The notes: generated by a model not told the origin, from the letters alone. 64,000 nt of DNA from Deltaproteobacteria bacterium (GCA_025361065.1 JANYAY010000010.1:12695-76694); one strand, 5' to 3'. Positions 1 through 8,064 are shown, counted from the first letter of the stretch. Translations and numbers: made by a program.

Positions 1-1
1 A

Positions 2-3000
2 AGCAGCAAGCCCGAAAGAAAAATAAAAAGGGCCACCCAAATTGTCAATTGCAACAGCCCTCTGAAGCAGAATAAGCAGAACTCCTATTACGGTTTTGCC
101 AGGCCTGAGGTTGTTGAGGCAATTATTAAAAACAAGATATCCACCGGGAAAGTGCTGGAAATTGGCTGCGCCGGTGGAGCTACCGGTAAGAATCTGAAAG
201 AGCGGCTGCCGGTGCAATATTATGTGGGAATTGATATTTCACCGGAAGCAGCCGAGATTGCCAAAAATTATTTAGACAAAGTTATTGTCGCCAATGTCGA
301 AGAGACGGATTTGGCTTCTGAATATGGACTAAAACCCGGAGAATTTGATTTACTACTGGCATTGGATGTTCTGGAGCATCTCCATGATCCCTGGGATATT
401 CTGGCCGAATTGGCAAGTTACATCAAACCCGGCGGTTACGTTGTGGCCTCTTTACCCAACATTCAGAACATAACCATCTTGCAGGATTTGATAAAGGGTA
501 ACTGGCAATATCAAGATGCCGGAATTCTCGATGCCACTCATTTACGCTTTTTCACACTGGAAACAGCAAAAAAAATGTTCAGCGGAGCCGGGTTAACAAT
601 TAGGGGCATTGAGCGTGTCATTAATCCATCCCTTGATCTGGAGAAGCTAAAAGAATCGGGAAATAAATACAGCAAAGATAACGTGGAAATAGCCAATTTG
701 ACAAAAGAGGAATTTCTGAATTTATTTACTTATCAATATATTCTAATCGTCCAAAAAGCGCCCTCTAATGATAATCTCTATAAGGCTACTGCAAATAGCG
801 CAACTTCTAAGACAGACTTTTTATTGCCCCGGTTCGATAATAAAGAATTTGCACCAGGGCGGACATCTCTTGTCATCCTGACATTTAACCAGTTGGAATA
901 TACAAAAAAGTGCGTAAAGAGCATCAGGAAACATACCCCGGAAGACCATGAAATAATTTTTGTTGATAACGGCTCCACCGACGGAACCGTAAAGTGGCTA
1001 ACAAAACTGGTACAGGAAAATGATAATTATCGCTTGATTGAAAATAAGCAGAACCTTGGTTTTGCCAAAGGCTGTAATCAAGGAATTGAGACCTCCAATG
1101 GAGAAAATATTCTACTATTGAATAATGACGTTGTCGTTGCAAAAGACTGGCTTTCCGGACTATTGGAATGCCTGAAACACGCACCCGATGCCGGCATCGT
1201 CGGCCCGATGACCAATAACATCAGTGGACCTCAACAGATAAATGATGATTCCTATCGATCCGTTGATTTCTTGGAAAAATACGCGGTACAGTTTCTTGAA
1301 AAATATCTTCATCGCCGGATTCCCTTTAGAAGGGTCGTCGGGTTTTGCATGCTTTTCCAGCGCGGACTGGCCGAAAAAATCGGCCTGCTTGATGAAAACT
1401 TCGGAACTGGCAATTTTGAAGATGATGATTTTTGTTTAAGGGCCGCACTGGCCGGTTATAAAAATTATATTGCGGGAGATATCTTTATTCATCATTATGG
1501 AAGCCGCAGTTTCATTGGCAACAAAATCAATTACGGTGCGGCAATATCTGATAACAAAAAAATTATCGATAAGAAGTGGGCACTCAATACGGCAAGCCCC
1601 GAAGGAAAGAAACTCGCGGTTTTGCGAGCCACGGAATTGGCCGATGTTTACTATGCAAAAGGCAAAACAGATCAGGCCGTGGAGGCTCTTATCAGTTGCA
1701 TCAAATATGCACCGGATGATCCTCAAATATACTATGAACTGACGCGCCTTTTCATCGAAACAAAAAGATTTTCCGAGGCATGGGAAATTGTCGGTACTAT
1801 GCCGGAGGCAGCTAAAAATCATCTGAAAGGTATGGAATATGCGGGCTACGCCAAAGAAGGCCTGGGGTTTGATGATGAAGCAACCGCATACACTGACAAA
1901 ATGTTGTCTCATGATGAATACTACCCTGCGGCGCTGAATCTGAAAGGTGTTTTGGCGTATAAAAAAGGCGATAAAGAAAAAGCCGCGGATTATTTCCGGA
2001 AAGCCATCGACTCTGATCCTGGTTATGGTGAAGCACACACCAATCTTGGCGTACTCTACTGGGGTACGGATAAAAAAGATGAAGCGCTGTCGCAGCTGCG
2101 CCAAGGCTTTATCCTCTCTCCGACCGTACCGGATTGCAGCTCGATTTATTATACTGTTATATCATCTTTGGGCCTGTTTATTGATGCGGAGGCCAACCTC
2201 CGGGAAGTCTGTAGATTATATCCCAACAATAAAAATCTGACTTTTCTATATATTGATACTCTTATCCAGCTAGGCAAGTTGAATTCCGCTATGCTCCGGA
2301 TAGAAGATTCGCTTGCGTTGTTTGGTCCGGACGATGGTATTCTCAACGCGGCCCTGGCTGTCCGGGAAAAGATCGGCCCCCTCCAGATTGAAAAAGCATC
2401 CCAAAAAGGAACTTTGTCGCTTTGCATGATTGTCAAAAATGAAGAAAAGCACCTGGTCCGCTGTCTGAAAAGCGTCCGGGATGTTGTGAACGAAATTATC
2501 ATCGTTGATACAGGCTCAACTGACAAAACCAAAGACATCGCGCGGGTCTTCGGGGCAAAGTTGTACGAGTTCCCGTGGACAGGTGATTTTTCCGCTGCCC
2601 GCAACGAATCGCTCATTCACGCCGCAGGCGATTGGGTGCTGATTCTCGACGCTGATGAAGTCATCTCCTCACTCGATCACAACGAATTGAAGAACCTTAT
2701 TCGAAAGCGGACGTCTAAGCCAATTGCCTATTCTATCGTCACGCGAAATTACATCAATAACATGAGCGTGCTCGGTTGGACGCCCAACAAAGGCGAGTAT
2801 CCCGAAGAAGCTGGCGCGGGTTGGATTCCAAGCCCAAAGGTACGGCTGGCACCGCGAAGAAAAGACGTCTTCTTTTCCAATCCTGTTCACGAGTTGCTGG
2901 AAAATTCATTGGCAACGCAAAAGATACCGGTTGCCGCCTGCAAAATTGTTGTTCACCACTATGGAAAGCTGGATGTCAGGAAAGACTCTCAAAAGGGCGA

Positions 3001-3658
3001 AGATTATTATCTGCTGGGGAAAATTAAATATGAAAGCGCCCCGACTAACGTAAAATATATTTTTGAACTCGCCAAGCAAGCCCATCTGCTCAGAAAATAC
3101 GATGAAACCGTTGAATTATGGACAAAACTTCTTTCGCTGATCGAGGACAAGCCGGAATCAGATGATTACAAACTTATCAAACGAATTTCCGTCGGCGATC
3201 CGATCGCTGAAATTTATGTTCAGCTTGCCTCAGCCGAGTTGTTGCTTGACCGTTACGAGCAGGCTCTCTATTCGGCAACTCAGGCCATGAGAACCGACAA
3301 AAAGCTTAAAGAATATGTTTCTATTTATGCCTATTGCGAAATCATTGCCGGATCGGTGAAAAAAGCGTCAACTGCTTTACAGGAACTGCTCGATGAAACG
3401 CCTGATTACCTCCCTGCATTGCTTGTGCAATGCACTGCGAGTTGCCTGGAAGAAAATAATAAAAAAACAAAGGAACTGATGTTAATGCTCAGAAAGAAAA
3501 ATCCCAATGTAAACAGTCAACTCAATAAAACCGCAAGACAGCTGCACACCAACGGCAGAAAGGATCAGGCGCTAAGTCTTCTTACCGCAATGATGGAAAA
3601 CAAAATTAATAACAAGGAAACGGTGGATCTGCTTGAAGAGTTGCAGAAAGAGCAGTAG
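2..3658 (+). CDS. Multidomain SAM-methyltransferase / GT2 glycosyltransferase / TPR / second GT2 / TPR protein. The 5' end runs off the window.
   Basis: The frame is open from nt 2, so the ORF-track start at 152 is an internal GTG. VLEIGCAGGATG matches class I methyltransferase motif I. Two GT2 cores are present: SLVILTFNQ..FVDNGSTDGT..NNDVVV..FEDDDF and LSLCMIVKNEE..IIVDTGSTDKT..ILDADE. TPR-like helical repeats lie between and after them. Confidence 0.8.
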   Translation, partial: SSKPERKIKRATQIVNCNSPLKQNKQNSYYGFARPEVVEAIIKNKISTGKVLEIGCAGGATGKNLKERLPVQYYVGIDISPEAAEIAKNYLDKVIVANVEETDLASEYGLKPGEFDLLLALDVLEHLHDPWDILAELASYIKPGGYVVASLPNIQNITILQDLIKGNWQYQDAGILDATHLRFFTLETAKKMFSGAGLTIRGIERVINPSLDLEKLKESGNKYSKDNVEIANLTKEEFLNLFTYQYILIVQKAPSNDNLYKATANSATSKTDFLLPRFDNKEFAPGRTSLVILTFNQLEYTKKCVKSIRKHTPEDHEIIFVDNGSTDGTVKWLTKLVQENDNYRLIENKQNLGFAKGCNQGIETSNGENILLLNNDVVVAKDWLSGLLECLKHAPDAGIVGPMTNNISGPQQINDDSYRSVDFLEKYAVQFLEKYLHRRIPFRRVVGFCMLFQRGLAEKIGLLDENFGTGNFEDDDFCLRAALAGYKNYIAGDIFIHHYGSRSFIGNKINYGAAISDNKKIIDKKWALNTASPEGKKLAVLRATELADVYYAKGKTDQAVEALISCIKYAPDDPQIYYELTRLFIETKRFSEAWEIVGTMPEAAKNHLKGMEYAGYAKEGLGFDDEATAYTDKMLSHDEYYPAALNLKGVLAYKKGDKEKAADYFRKAIDSDPGYGEAHTNLGVLYWGTDKKDEALSQLRQGFILSPTVPDCSSIYYTVISSLGLFIDAEANLREVCRLYPNNKNLTFLYIDTLIQLGKLNSAMLRIEDSLALFGPDDGILNAALAVREKIGPLQIEKASQKGTLSLCMIVKNEEKHLVRCLKSVRDVVNEIIIVDTGSTDKTKDIARVFGAKLYEFPWTGDFSAARNESLIHAAGDWVLILDADEVISSLDHNELKNLIRKRTSKPIAYSIVTRNYINNMSVLGWTPNKGEYPEEAGAGWIPSPKVRLAPRRKDVFFSNPVHELLENSLATQKIPVAACKIVVHHYGKLDVRKDSQKGEDYYLLGKIKYESAPTNVKYIFELAKQAHLLRKYDETVELWTKLLSLIEDKPESDDYKLIKRISVGDPIAEIYVQLASAELLLDRYEQALYSATQAMRTDKKLKEYVSIYAYCEIIAGSVKKASTALQELLDETPDYLPALLVQCTASCLEENNKKTKELMLMLRKKNPNVNSQLNKTARQLHTNGRKDQALSLLTAMMENKINNKETVDLLEELQKEQ

Positions 3659-3718
3659 TTAATGGCGGCTGGTAGATAGGAAAGACAAATTGTGCAATTT
3701 TTTACGAGCTTCCCGATA

Positions 3719-4048
3719 TTAAGGCGCAAACATTTCCGCCAGCGTTGAGAGGACTTCTTCCTGGATATCTGCATCAATGCTGCCAAGTTTTTTAACAAGT
3801 CTGGTTTTATCTACCGTTCTTATTTGATCCAAAACAATCTTGCCTTTTTTCCCTTTAAATGAACATGTTACACATGTGGGGTAATTCCGGCCTTTCGTCG
3901 TCATGGGCGCAACGATGGCTGTCGCAATAAATTTATTCATTTCATCAGGTGATATGATGAGACAAGGCCGCGCTTTGCCAATTTCACTGTCGATGGTCGG
4001 ATCAATATTAATCAAAAAGACATCAAAGCGCTTGATTACCATACCCAT
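3719..4048 (-). CDS. mazF: MazF/PemK-family endoribonuclease toxin
   Basis: 109 aa. The pattern RFDVFLINIDPT..GKARPCLIISPDEMN..APMTT is typical of PemK/MazF. Its start overlaps the stop of an upstream AbrB/MazE-like frame. Confidence 0.85.
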   Translation of the reverse strand: MGMVIKRFDVFLINIDPTIDSEIGKARPCLIISPDEMNKFIATAIVAPMTTKGRNYPTCVTCSFKGKKGKIVLDQIRTVDKTRLVKKLGSIDADIQEEVLSTLAEMFAP

Positions 4049-4289
4049 TCATCCTCATCCCATCGTGATGCGGCTGGCTGGACCGCATCCAGCGCTTTAT
4101 CATCGCCGTTTTCAGCCATCAGGCGGAATTGATTCTCCCAGTCTTCGCGCGGACAAGAAACCCGGCAGATGATAATTTTTTCGTCTTCGACTTCCAATTC
4201 CACTTCATTGCCCAGCCGGCTTTGATCTAAAATGACTTTGGGAAGGCGTGTTCCTGAGAATTTCCGATGCGAATAATATTTGCCCTCAT
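4036..4289 (-). pseudogene. mazE: MazE/AbrB-type antitoxin interrupted by a 1-nt frameshift
   Basis: The ATG at 4289 follows AAGGAG. Frame 1 reads MRANIIRIGNSQ and then hits TAG after 20 codons. The neighbouring frame continues GTRLPKVILDQSRLGNEVELEVEDEKIIICRVS...WDEDEWVW*, ending inside the mazF start. The span is 254 nt, which is 85 codons minus 1 nt. Adding one G to the GG run near 4252-4256 restores IRIGNSQGTRLPK, a SpoVT/AbrB signature. Confidence 0.75.
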
Positions 4290-4319
4290 ACTTTCATGCT
4301 CCTTGATCAATGTGATTAC

Positions 4320-4348
4320 ATTATAATTACATTTTAAAAATAGGTTAA
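4320..4348 (-). promoter_or_regulatory. Putative sigma70 promoter/operator of mazEF
   Basis: Minus sense reads TTAACC-17 nt-TATAAT. The -10 is embedded in the direct repeat ATGTAAT-TATA-ATGTAAT, about 30 nt upstream of the mazE ATG. Confidence 0.5.
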
Positions 4349-4507
4349 GAGAAAAAGAGTGGATGGGCTTTGTACAAAAAAGAGAAATGATTGGGACATT
4401 GTTCCCCGCTGGCGGGGAGTAGGGGACTGTTTTTTCGGTTGCTTTCCACTTCCGTCACAGCGTGGCACCTCCGCCCGGAGGACATCAGATGAAAAACCAG
4501 ATGGAAT

Positions 4508-4888
4508 TTACTCCGCCGTACTCCCGCGCAGCCCCGCCGCCATATTCAAATTGATGTCAATAATAATTTTGAGTCTTTCCGGCTTGGGATTGGCCATCAC
4601 TTGAATAATTCTATTATCAATAAAAACACTCAGGGCCAGAATATCCTTACGAACCTGGATGGGCAGGGGATTGTTGTCTTCCACCAATTCCGCCTGCAAA
4701 ATACTCCAGACGCGCTGATTAAACTCCAGCGCTTCGCTTAGTTTTTTCTCACGGTCAGGGGTATCCCAGTTTTCCTGACAATTGGACAGGAGAATTGCGC
4801 AACGGGTCAGAGCGCCAGCTTCGATCTCTCTTCCGGACATATTGTTAGTCTGTGCCGTTTTATAAGCTTCAAGTTGCAGTGCGTACAC
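4508..4888 (-). CDS. flaF: Flagellar biosynthesis regulator FlaF
   Basis: LEAYKTAQTNNMSGREIEAGALTRCAILL and the overall length resemble FlaF, and it sits directly downstream of flbT. I prefer the GTG at 4888, which lies 9 nt after AGGAGG. The ORF-track ATG at 4915 lies inside flbT. Confidence 0.75.
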   Translation of the reverse strand: MYALQLEAYKTAQTNNMSGREIEAGALTRCAILLSNCQENWDTPDREKKLSEALEFNQRVWSILQAELVEDNNPLPIQVRKDILALSVFIDNRIIQVMANPKPERLKIIIDINLNMAAGLRGSTAE

Positions 4889-5267
4889 GTTTGATAACCT
4901 CCTGTTCATATTCAATGAGTTTTTTCGTCAGTTTCAGCGCCGGGTAATACCGTTCACTGAGAATTTCTTCGCTGATCTCTTTTAAGAGCGGCTTTCTGCT
5001 GGGAGCGGCTACGGCCACATCCTTAACCAGTTCCCAAAATGTTTTGTGGTGCTCCGGCAGATTTTTACCATCTATATACATCAGCTGTATGGCGAAATAA
5101 ATTTTCTTGCAAGGCGTGTCCGCCGAAGCCGGCGTCATAATATCTTTTCCCCGCAGGATCGGCACATCGTTTTCGACTATAAAAGTGCTTTTGGCTTCGC
5201 CATTTGTTATCACGGCGCCGCCAATAATGAATTTTTCATGCACTTTCAGTGTTATCTTGAGTGACAT
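4869..5267 (-). CDS. flbT: Flagellin translation regulator FlbT
   Basis: 132 aa. MSLKITLKVHEKFIIGGAVITNG...ILRGKDIMTP...IYFAIQLMYID matches the FlbT N-terminal pattern, and it is paired with flaF. Confidence 0.8.
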   Translation of the reverse strand: MSLKITLKVHEKFIIGGAVITNGEAKSTFIVENDVPILRGKDIMTPASADTPCKKIYFAIQLMYIDGKNLPEHHKTFWELVKDVAVAAPSRKPLLKEISEEILSERYYPALKLTKKLIEYEQEVIKRVRTAT

Positions 5268-5298
5268 ACACCCTTCCCTGTTTTCCCTTTAGAATAAA

Positions 5299-5724
5299 TC
5301 AGACTTTCAAATCAAGAACATTGCCCAAACTAATTGTCTTTTTTACCGCGGACACGTTGTTTTTAATTATACCGTCTTTGTCCGAGGCAGCCTCTCGGCG
5401 TGAGGTAATATCTTCCGCATTTGTCGTTGTATGGTCCTGCCGGACGCTTGTCTTCTTTGTTTCCACGGAAGCAGCTGATGAACTATCCGACTTTGCCGGG
5501 ATAATGTCATAAATCCCCTGTGTATGCCCCAGTGGAAATAATGGTGGAGAGTACACACGGGTCGCATTGGGGCTATCGGACACGGTTTTAAGATCTGCTT
5601 CAGACGAAGTTTTATCAGGCAGGGAAGAATTGCTTTCTGCGGAAATTTCCCCTTTTCCTGAGCCTGATTTTACCTCAACGGCACGAAATAGTCCTTGAGC
5701 AATCTGATTATTTTGAATATTCAT
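5299..5724 (-). CDS. Hypothetical Ser/Thr-rich protein between flagellin and flbT
   Basis: 141-aa ORF with AAGGTG 9 nt upstream of the ATG. It looks low-complexity and disordered. It lacks the FlaG C-terminal pattern and I recognise no family. Confidence 0.5.
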   Translation of the reverse strand: MNIQNNQIAQGLFRAVEVKSGSGKGEISAESNSSLPDKTSSEADLKTVSDSPNATRVYSPPLFPLGHTQGIYDIIPAKSDSSSAASVETKKTSVRQDHTTTNAEDITSRREAASDKDGIIKNNVSAVKKTISLGNVLDLKV

Positions 5725-5751
5725 AGTCTAAACACCTTATCGGTGATTGTT

Positions 5752-5778
5752 GAGGCGGGAGAATTCTTCTCCCGCCTC
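5752..5778 (-). terminator. 12-bp GC-rich hairpin just after the flagellin stop, with no U-tract
   Basis: GAGGCGGGAGAA-GAA-TTCTCCCGCCTC is a perfect stem 17 nt downstream of the flagellin stop. It could be a terminator, an attenuator or an mRNA 3' stabiliser. Confidence 0.5.
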
Positions 5779-5794
5779 AATTCTCAGATCATGT

Positions 5795-7129
5795 TTATTG
5801 GAACAGTTTCAATACCGACTGGGCTGCTTGCGCCGAGAGGCTCAGAGCTGTTGTACTCAGAGACTGACGGGTTTGCAGCATCAGCATGTTGGCGCCTTCT
5901 TCGTTGGCATCGGCCAGTGTCAGCAGATCCGAACCTGCATTCAGCGTGTTAATCATCTGCGTCGAGAAATTCTGACGAACGGTAATAATACTCAAGTTAC
6001 CGGAAAGTTTGGAAGCTTCCGAACGCAGAGTATTTGACGCAGTATCCAGAGCCGTAACGGCGGCATCAATGGCTGCAGGTGTAGCACCCCAGACAGCTGC
6101 ATCAGCCGCAGTAATAGCCAGGCCCGTTGTTGATGCATCAAAGCCTTGCACGCCCAGAGTAGTTCCTTCAAACTTAACGGTCAGAAGGTCTGAACTCAAA
6201 AGGTTTTTGCCCTTATACCCGGAGTCTTCGGCCAACTCATCCATCTGAGTACGTAGCGTATTGTACTGATCCGCGATTGACGTCATTTCAGCGGACGGCA
6301 CATAAGCATAAGTCACCTCGACGGCGCCGATGGTCGATACCGTTACCGCGGTTTCTCCCGTCACTCCGCCCGTAATGGCAGTATCCAGAGCGGTGGCAGC
6401 GTCCGTAGCGGTTGCTCCGGTCCCATTATACGCCGTTGCTCCAATTGTGAAGGTCATCGAAACGGAAGCAAGTGCACCATCAACTTCTGATTCAGCATAG
6501 CCCGTCATATCGGATGTGATATCGGCCAGCGCAACATCCTCTTCATCAAGCGAAATGATCACATTGCCGCCGGACAAGGTTGCCGAATAGCCCAAGTCAG
6601 TCAGAGTGGTGTTGGCCATGATGGCATCAACCAGCTCTCCAGCGTCGCCAAACTGGCCATCCGCAGCAGTTGCACCAACAGTAAGAACTGTAAAGCCCTG
6701 ACCGCCAATCGTGAGCATCTCGTCATCTACAATAACGCCGAACGTGATGGAAGCATTTACATAGTTGGTCTCTTCCAGATCCGCATCGCCGGTTGTCGCA
6801 TCGGGAGTCGTGCCGGCTGCCGCGCTCTGTGCAGACTGCGCAAGACCTTTGGCCTGTTCAATCAACGCGCTGAGTGATGTAATACCTTTATCGGCGGCGG
6901 CAATCGTCTGAACGGCTTGCCCCATAGAATCCTTCAAACCATCGATAATAGAAGCACGGGCATTCAATGTCTGCGCTGCAAAAAAGGATACCGGATTGTC
7001 GATAGCCGTGTTAACTTTTTTGCCTGAAGAAAGGCGGTTTTGTGTACGATTTAAAAGGTCAACTGTGTTTTGCAGTGATAAAAGATTGGATCTCATTCCT
7101 GCGGTTAATGATATGTCATTAATAGCCAT
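5795..7129 (-). CDS. fliC: Flagellin
   Basis: The N-terminus reads MAINDISLTAGMRSNLLSLQNT..LNRTQNRLSSGKKVNTAIDNP. The C-terminus reads LADANEEGANMLMLQTRQSLSTTALSLSAQAAQSVLKLFQ. The ATG at 7129 lies 9 nt after AAAGGAG. The ORF-track TTG at 7165 is an upstream over-extension. Confidence 0.95.
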   Translation of the reverse strand: MAINDISLTAGMRSNLLSLQNTVDLLNRTQNRLSSGKKVNTAIDNPVSFFAAQTLNARASIIDGLKDSMGQAVQTIAAADKGITSLSALIEQAKGLAQSAQSAAAGTTPDATTGDADLEETNYVNASITFGVIVDDEMLTIGGQGFTVLTVGATAADGQFGDAGELVDAIMANTTLTDLGYSATLSGGNVIISLDEEDVALADITSDMTGYAESEVDGALASVSMTFTIGATAYNGTGATATDAATALDTAITGGVTGETAVTVSTIGAVEVTYAYVPSAEMTSIADQYNTLRTQMDELAEDSGYKGKNLLSSDLLTVKFEGTTLGVQGFDASTTGLAITAADAAVWGATPAAIDAAVTALDTASNTLRSEASKLSGNLSIITVRQNFSTQMINTLNAGSDLLTLADANEEGANMLMLQTRQSLSTTALSLSAQAAQSVLKLFQ

Positions 7130-7280
7130 GATTTGTTTCTCCTTTTCTAGGTTGTTTTCTGACAATTCTTGTCAGAGGTTTTTTGTTTTGACGAAAAAAC
7201 TACTTTTCTTTGTAGATGTTTACCTGAGCTTATTAAATTCTCCTCCTTTCATATATTTTTATAAACATTCGTTAAATTCA

Positions 7281-7307
7281 TTATCGGATATTCGCCGCAA
7301 TACTTTA
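7281..7307 (-). promoter_or_regulatory. sigma28 (FliA) promoter of flagellin
   Basis: Minus sense reads TAAAGTAT-N11-TCCGATAA against the consensus TAAAGTTT-N11-GCCGATAA. It leaves a leader of about 145 nt. Confidence 0.8.
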
Positions 7308-7331
7308 GCGGTTTAAAAAAAATGCCAGGGG

Positions 7332-7361
7332 ATTAGGCTGAAGACTGAAGACTGAAGGCTG
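7332..7361 (+). repeat. GGCTGAAG-family repeat forming the left boundary of the TA cassette
   Basis: The sequence is ATTAGGCTGAAGACTGAAGACTGAAGGCTG, a tandem CTGAAGR heptamer. The core TAGGCTGAAGA is inverted at 7974-7984. Confidence 0.7.
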
Positions 7362-7391
7362 CGTGTCTTACACACATTTGTTTAATATTGA

Positions 7392-7420
7392 TTGACATAA
7401 AAATATTGTCGCCATATAAT
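7392..7420 (+). promoter_or_regulatory. Consensus sigma70 promoter of the TA cassette
   Basis: TTGACA-17 nt-TATAAT exactly, followed by AAGGAGAG and the ATG at 7443. Confidence 0.75.
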
Positions 7421-7442
7421 TTTAATAAAAAAGGAGAGCTCT

Positions 7443-7631
7443 ATGAATGTTGCAAAGGTAAAAATTGAAAACATATTGGAGAAACTACCCGCAACAATTG
7501 ACGTGGAAAATTTTATCTACCAGCTCTATCTTCTTGAAAAAATAGAAGAAGGTGAAAATGATATAAGAGAAGGAAAGGTATTATCCCACCAACAGGCCAT
7601 TGAAAGGATATCCGGAAAGTGGCAAAGCTGA
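7443..7631 (+). CDS. Putative type II antitoxin, assigned by position upstream of the ParE/RelE-like frame
   Basis: 62 aa. The C-terminus DIREGKVLSHQQAIERISGKW resembles small antitoxins found with ParE/RelE toxins. Its stop overlaps the toxin GTG. Confidence 0.6.
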   Translation: MNVAKVKIENILEKLPATIDVENFIYQLYLLEKIEEGENDIREGKVLSHQQAIERISGKWQS

Positions 7632-7924
7632 TATGGGCCCAAAAAGCAATAGAGTCTCTGGAAGCAATTCATGATTACATCTCCCGTGATTCAATCCGAT
7701 ATGCAAATTATCAAACTCGTAAAATTATCTAATCCGTCGAGCGTTTAAGCATTTTCCCAGAATCCGGGAAAATTATTCCGGAGTTTGGACAATCTATTTA
7801 CAGACAAGTTATTGTTGGCACATATCGCGTCATTTACAGGTTTGATGGATCACTGAACACATTATTCATAATTAATATCGTGCATGGCAGTCGCCTATTC
7901 ACTGGTTTTTATACGAAAAAATAG
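7619..7924 (+). pseudogene. ParE/RelE-family toxin with an in-frame TAA
   Basis: From the GTG at 7619 the frame reads MAKLIWAQKAIESLEAIHDYISRDSIRYANYQTRKII*SVERLSIFPESGKIIPEFGQSIYRQVIVGTYRVIYRFDGSLNTLFIINIVHGSRLF. The stop is at 7730-7732, and the same frame carries ParE-like motifs on both sides of it. Confidence 0.75.
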
Positions 7925-7971
7925 CAATAGGAATTAATTCTTTGCAGCAAAGGATCCAACACTCTCTCGTA

Positions 7972-7988
7972 CTCTTCAGCCTATTAAT
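7972..7988 (+). repeat. GGCTGAAG-family repeat forming the right boundary of the TA cassette
   Basis: CTCTTCAGCCTATTAAT is the reverse complement of the left-boundary core. It is nearly identical to 35355-35368. Confidence 0.65.
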
Positions 7989-8003
7989 TATTCACCTTTT
8001 CAC

Positions 8004-8031
8004 TCAAGTTTCCTGCATCACCTGCCGATAA
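8004..8031 (+). promoter_or_regulatory. sigma28 (FliA) promoter of the TPR gene
   Basis: TCAAGTTT-N12-GCCGATAA. Confidence 0.7.
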
Positions 8032-8064
8032 TTTCAACAAATGGTTCAATAACCTTCTCTGTTC

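Noticed and set aside
1436-2104. 222-aa minus-strand ORF, with many other 60-150-aa ORFs antisense or out of frame inside large genes. Examples are 924-1184, 10327-12123, 22647-23096, 40068-40361, 51333-51617, 62919-63107 and 63195-63839.
   Set aside because: Each lies wholly inside a long ORF that has clear family motifs on the other strand or frame. Their compositions are odd (Cys-, Arg- and Phe-rich), they lack ribosome-binding sites, and I recognise no motifs in them. They are shadow ORFs.
4359-4604. 81-aa plus-strand ORF in the mazE-flaF spacer.
   Set aside because: It overlaps the 3' end of flaF on the opposite strand, has no SD, and has an Arg- and Gly-rich composition unlike the rest of the locus. 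The spacer is better explained by small hairpins downstream of flaF.
5737-5744. sigma28-like -10 (ACCGATAA, minus sense) just upstream of the 141-aa ORF.
   Set aside because: It lies only 12 nt from the ATG, so a transcript starting there would lack the SD. The position of a -35 element falls inside the flagellin terminator hairpin.
7130-7165. ORF-track N-terminal extensions of flagellin (TTG 7165), flgM (15330), fliQ (31760), fliH (43036), the DUF2802-like gene (22659), the REC gene (59924) and flaF (4915).
   Set aside because: Internal ATG or GTG codons have properly spaced SD sequences and give N-termini that match the families. The extensions would also run through promoters, through repeat copy D, or deep into the upstream gene.
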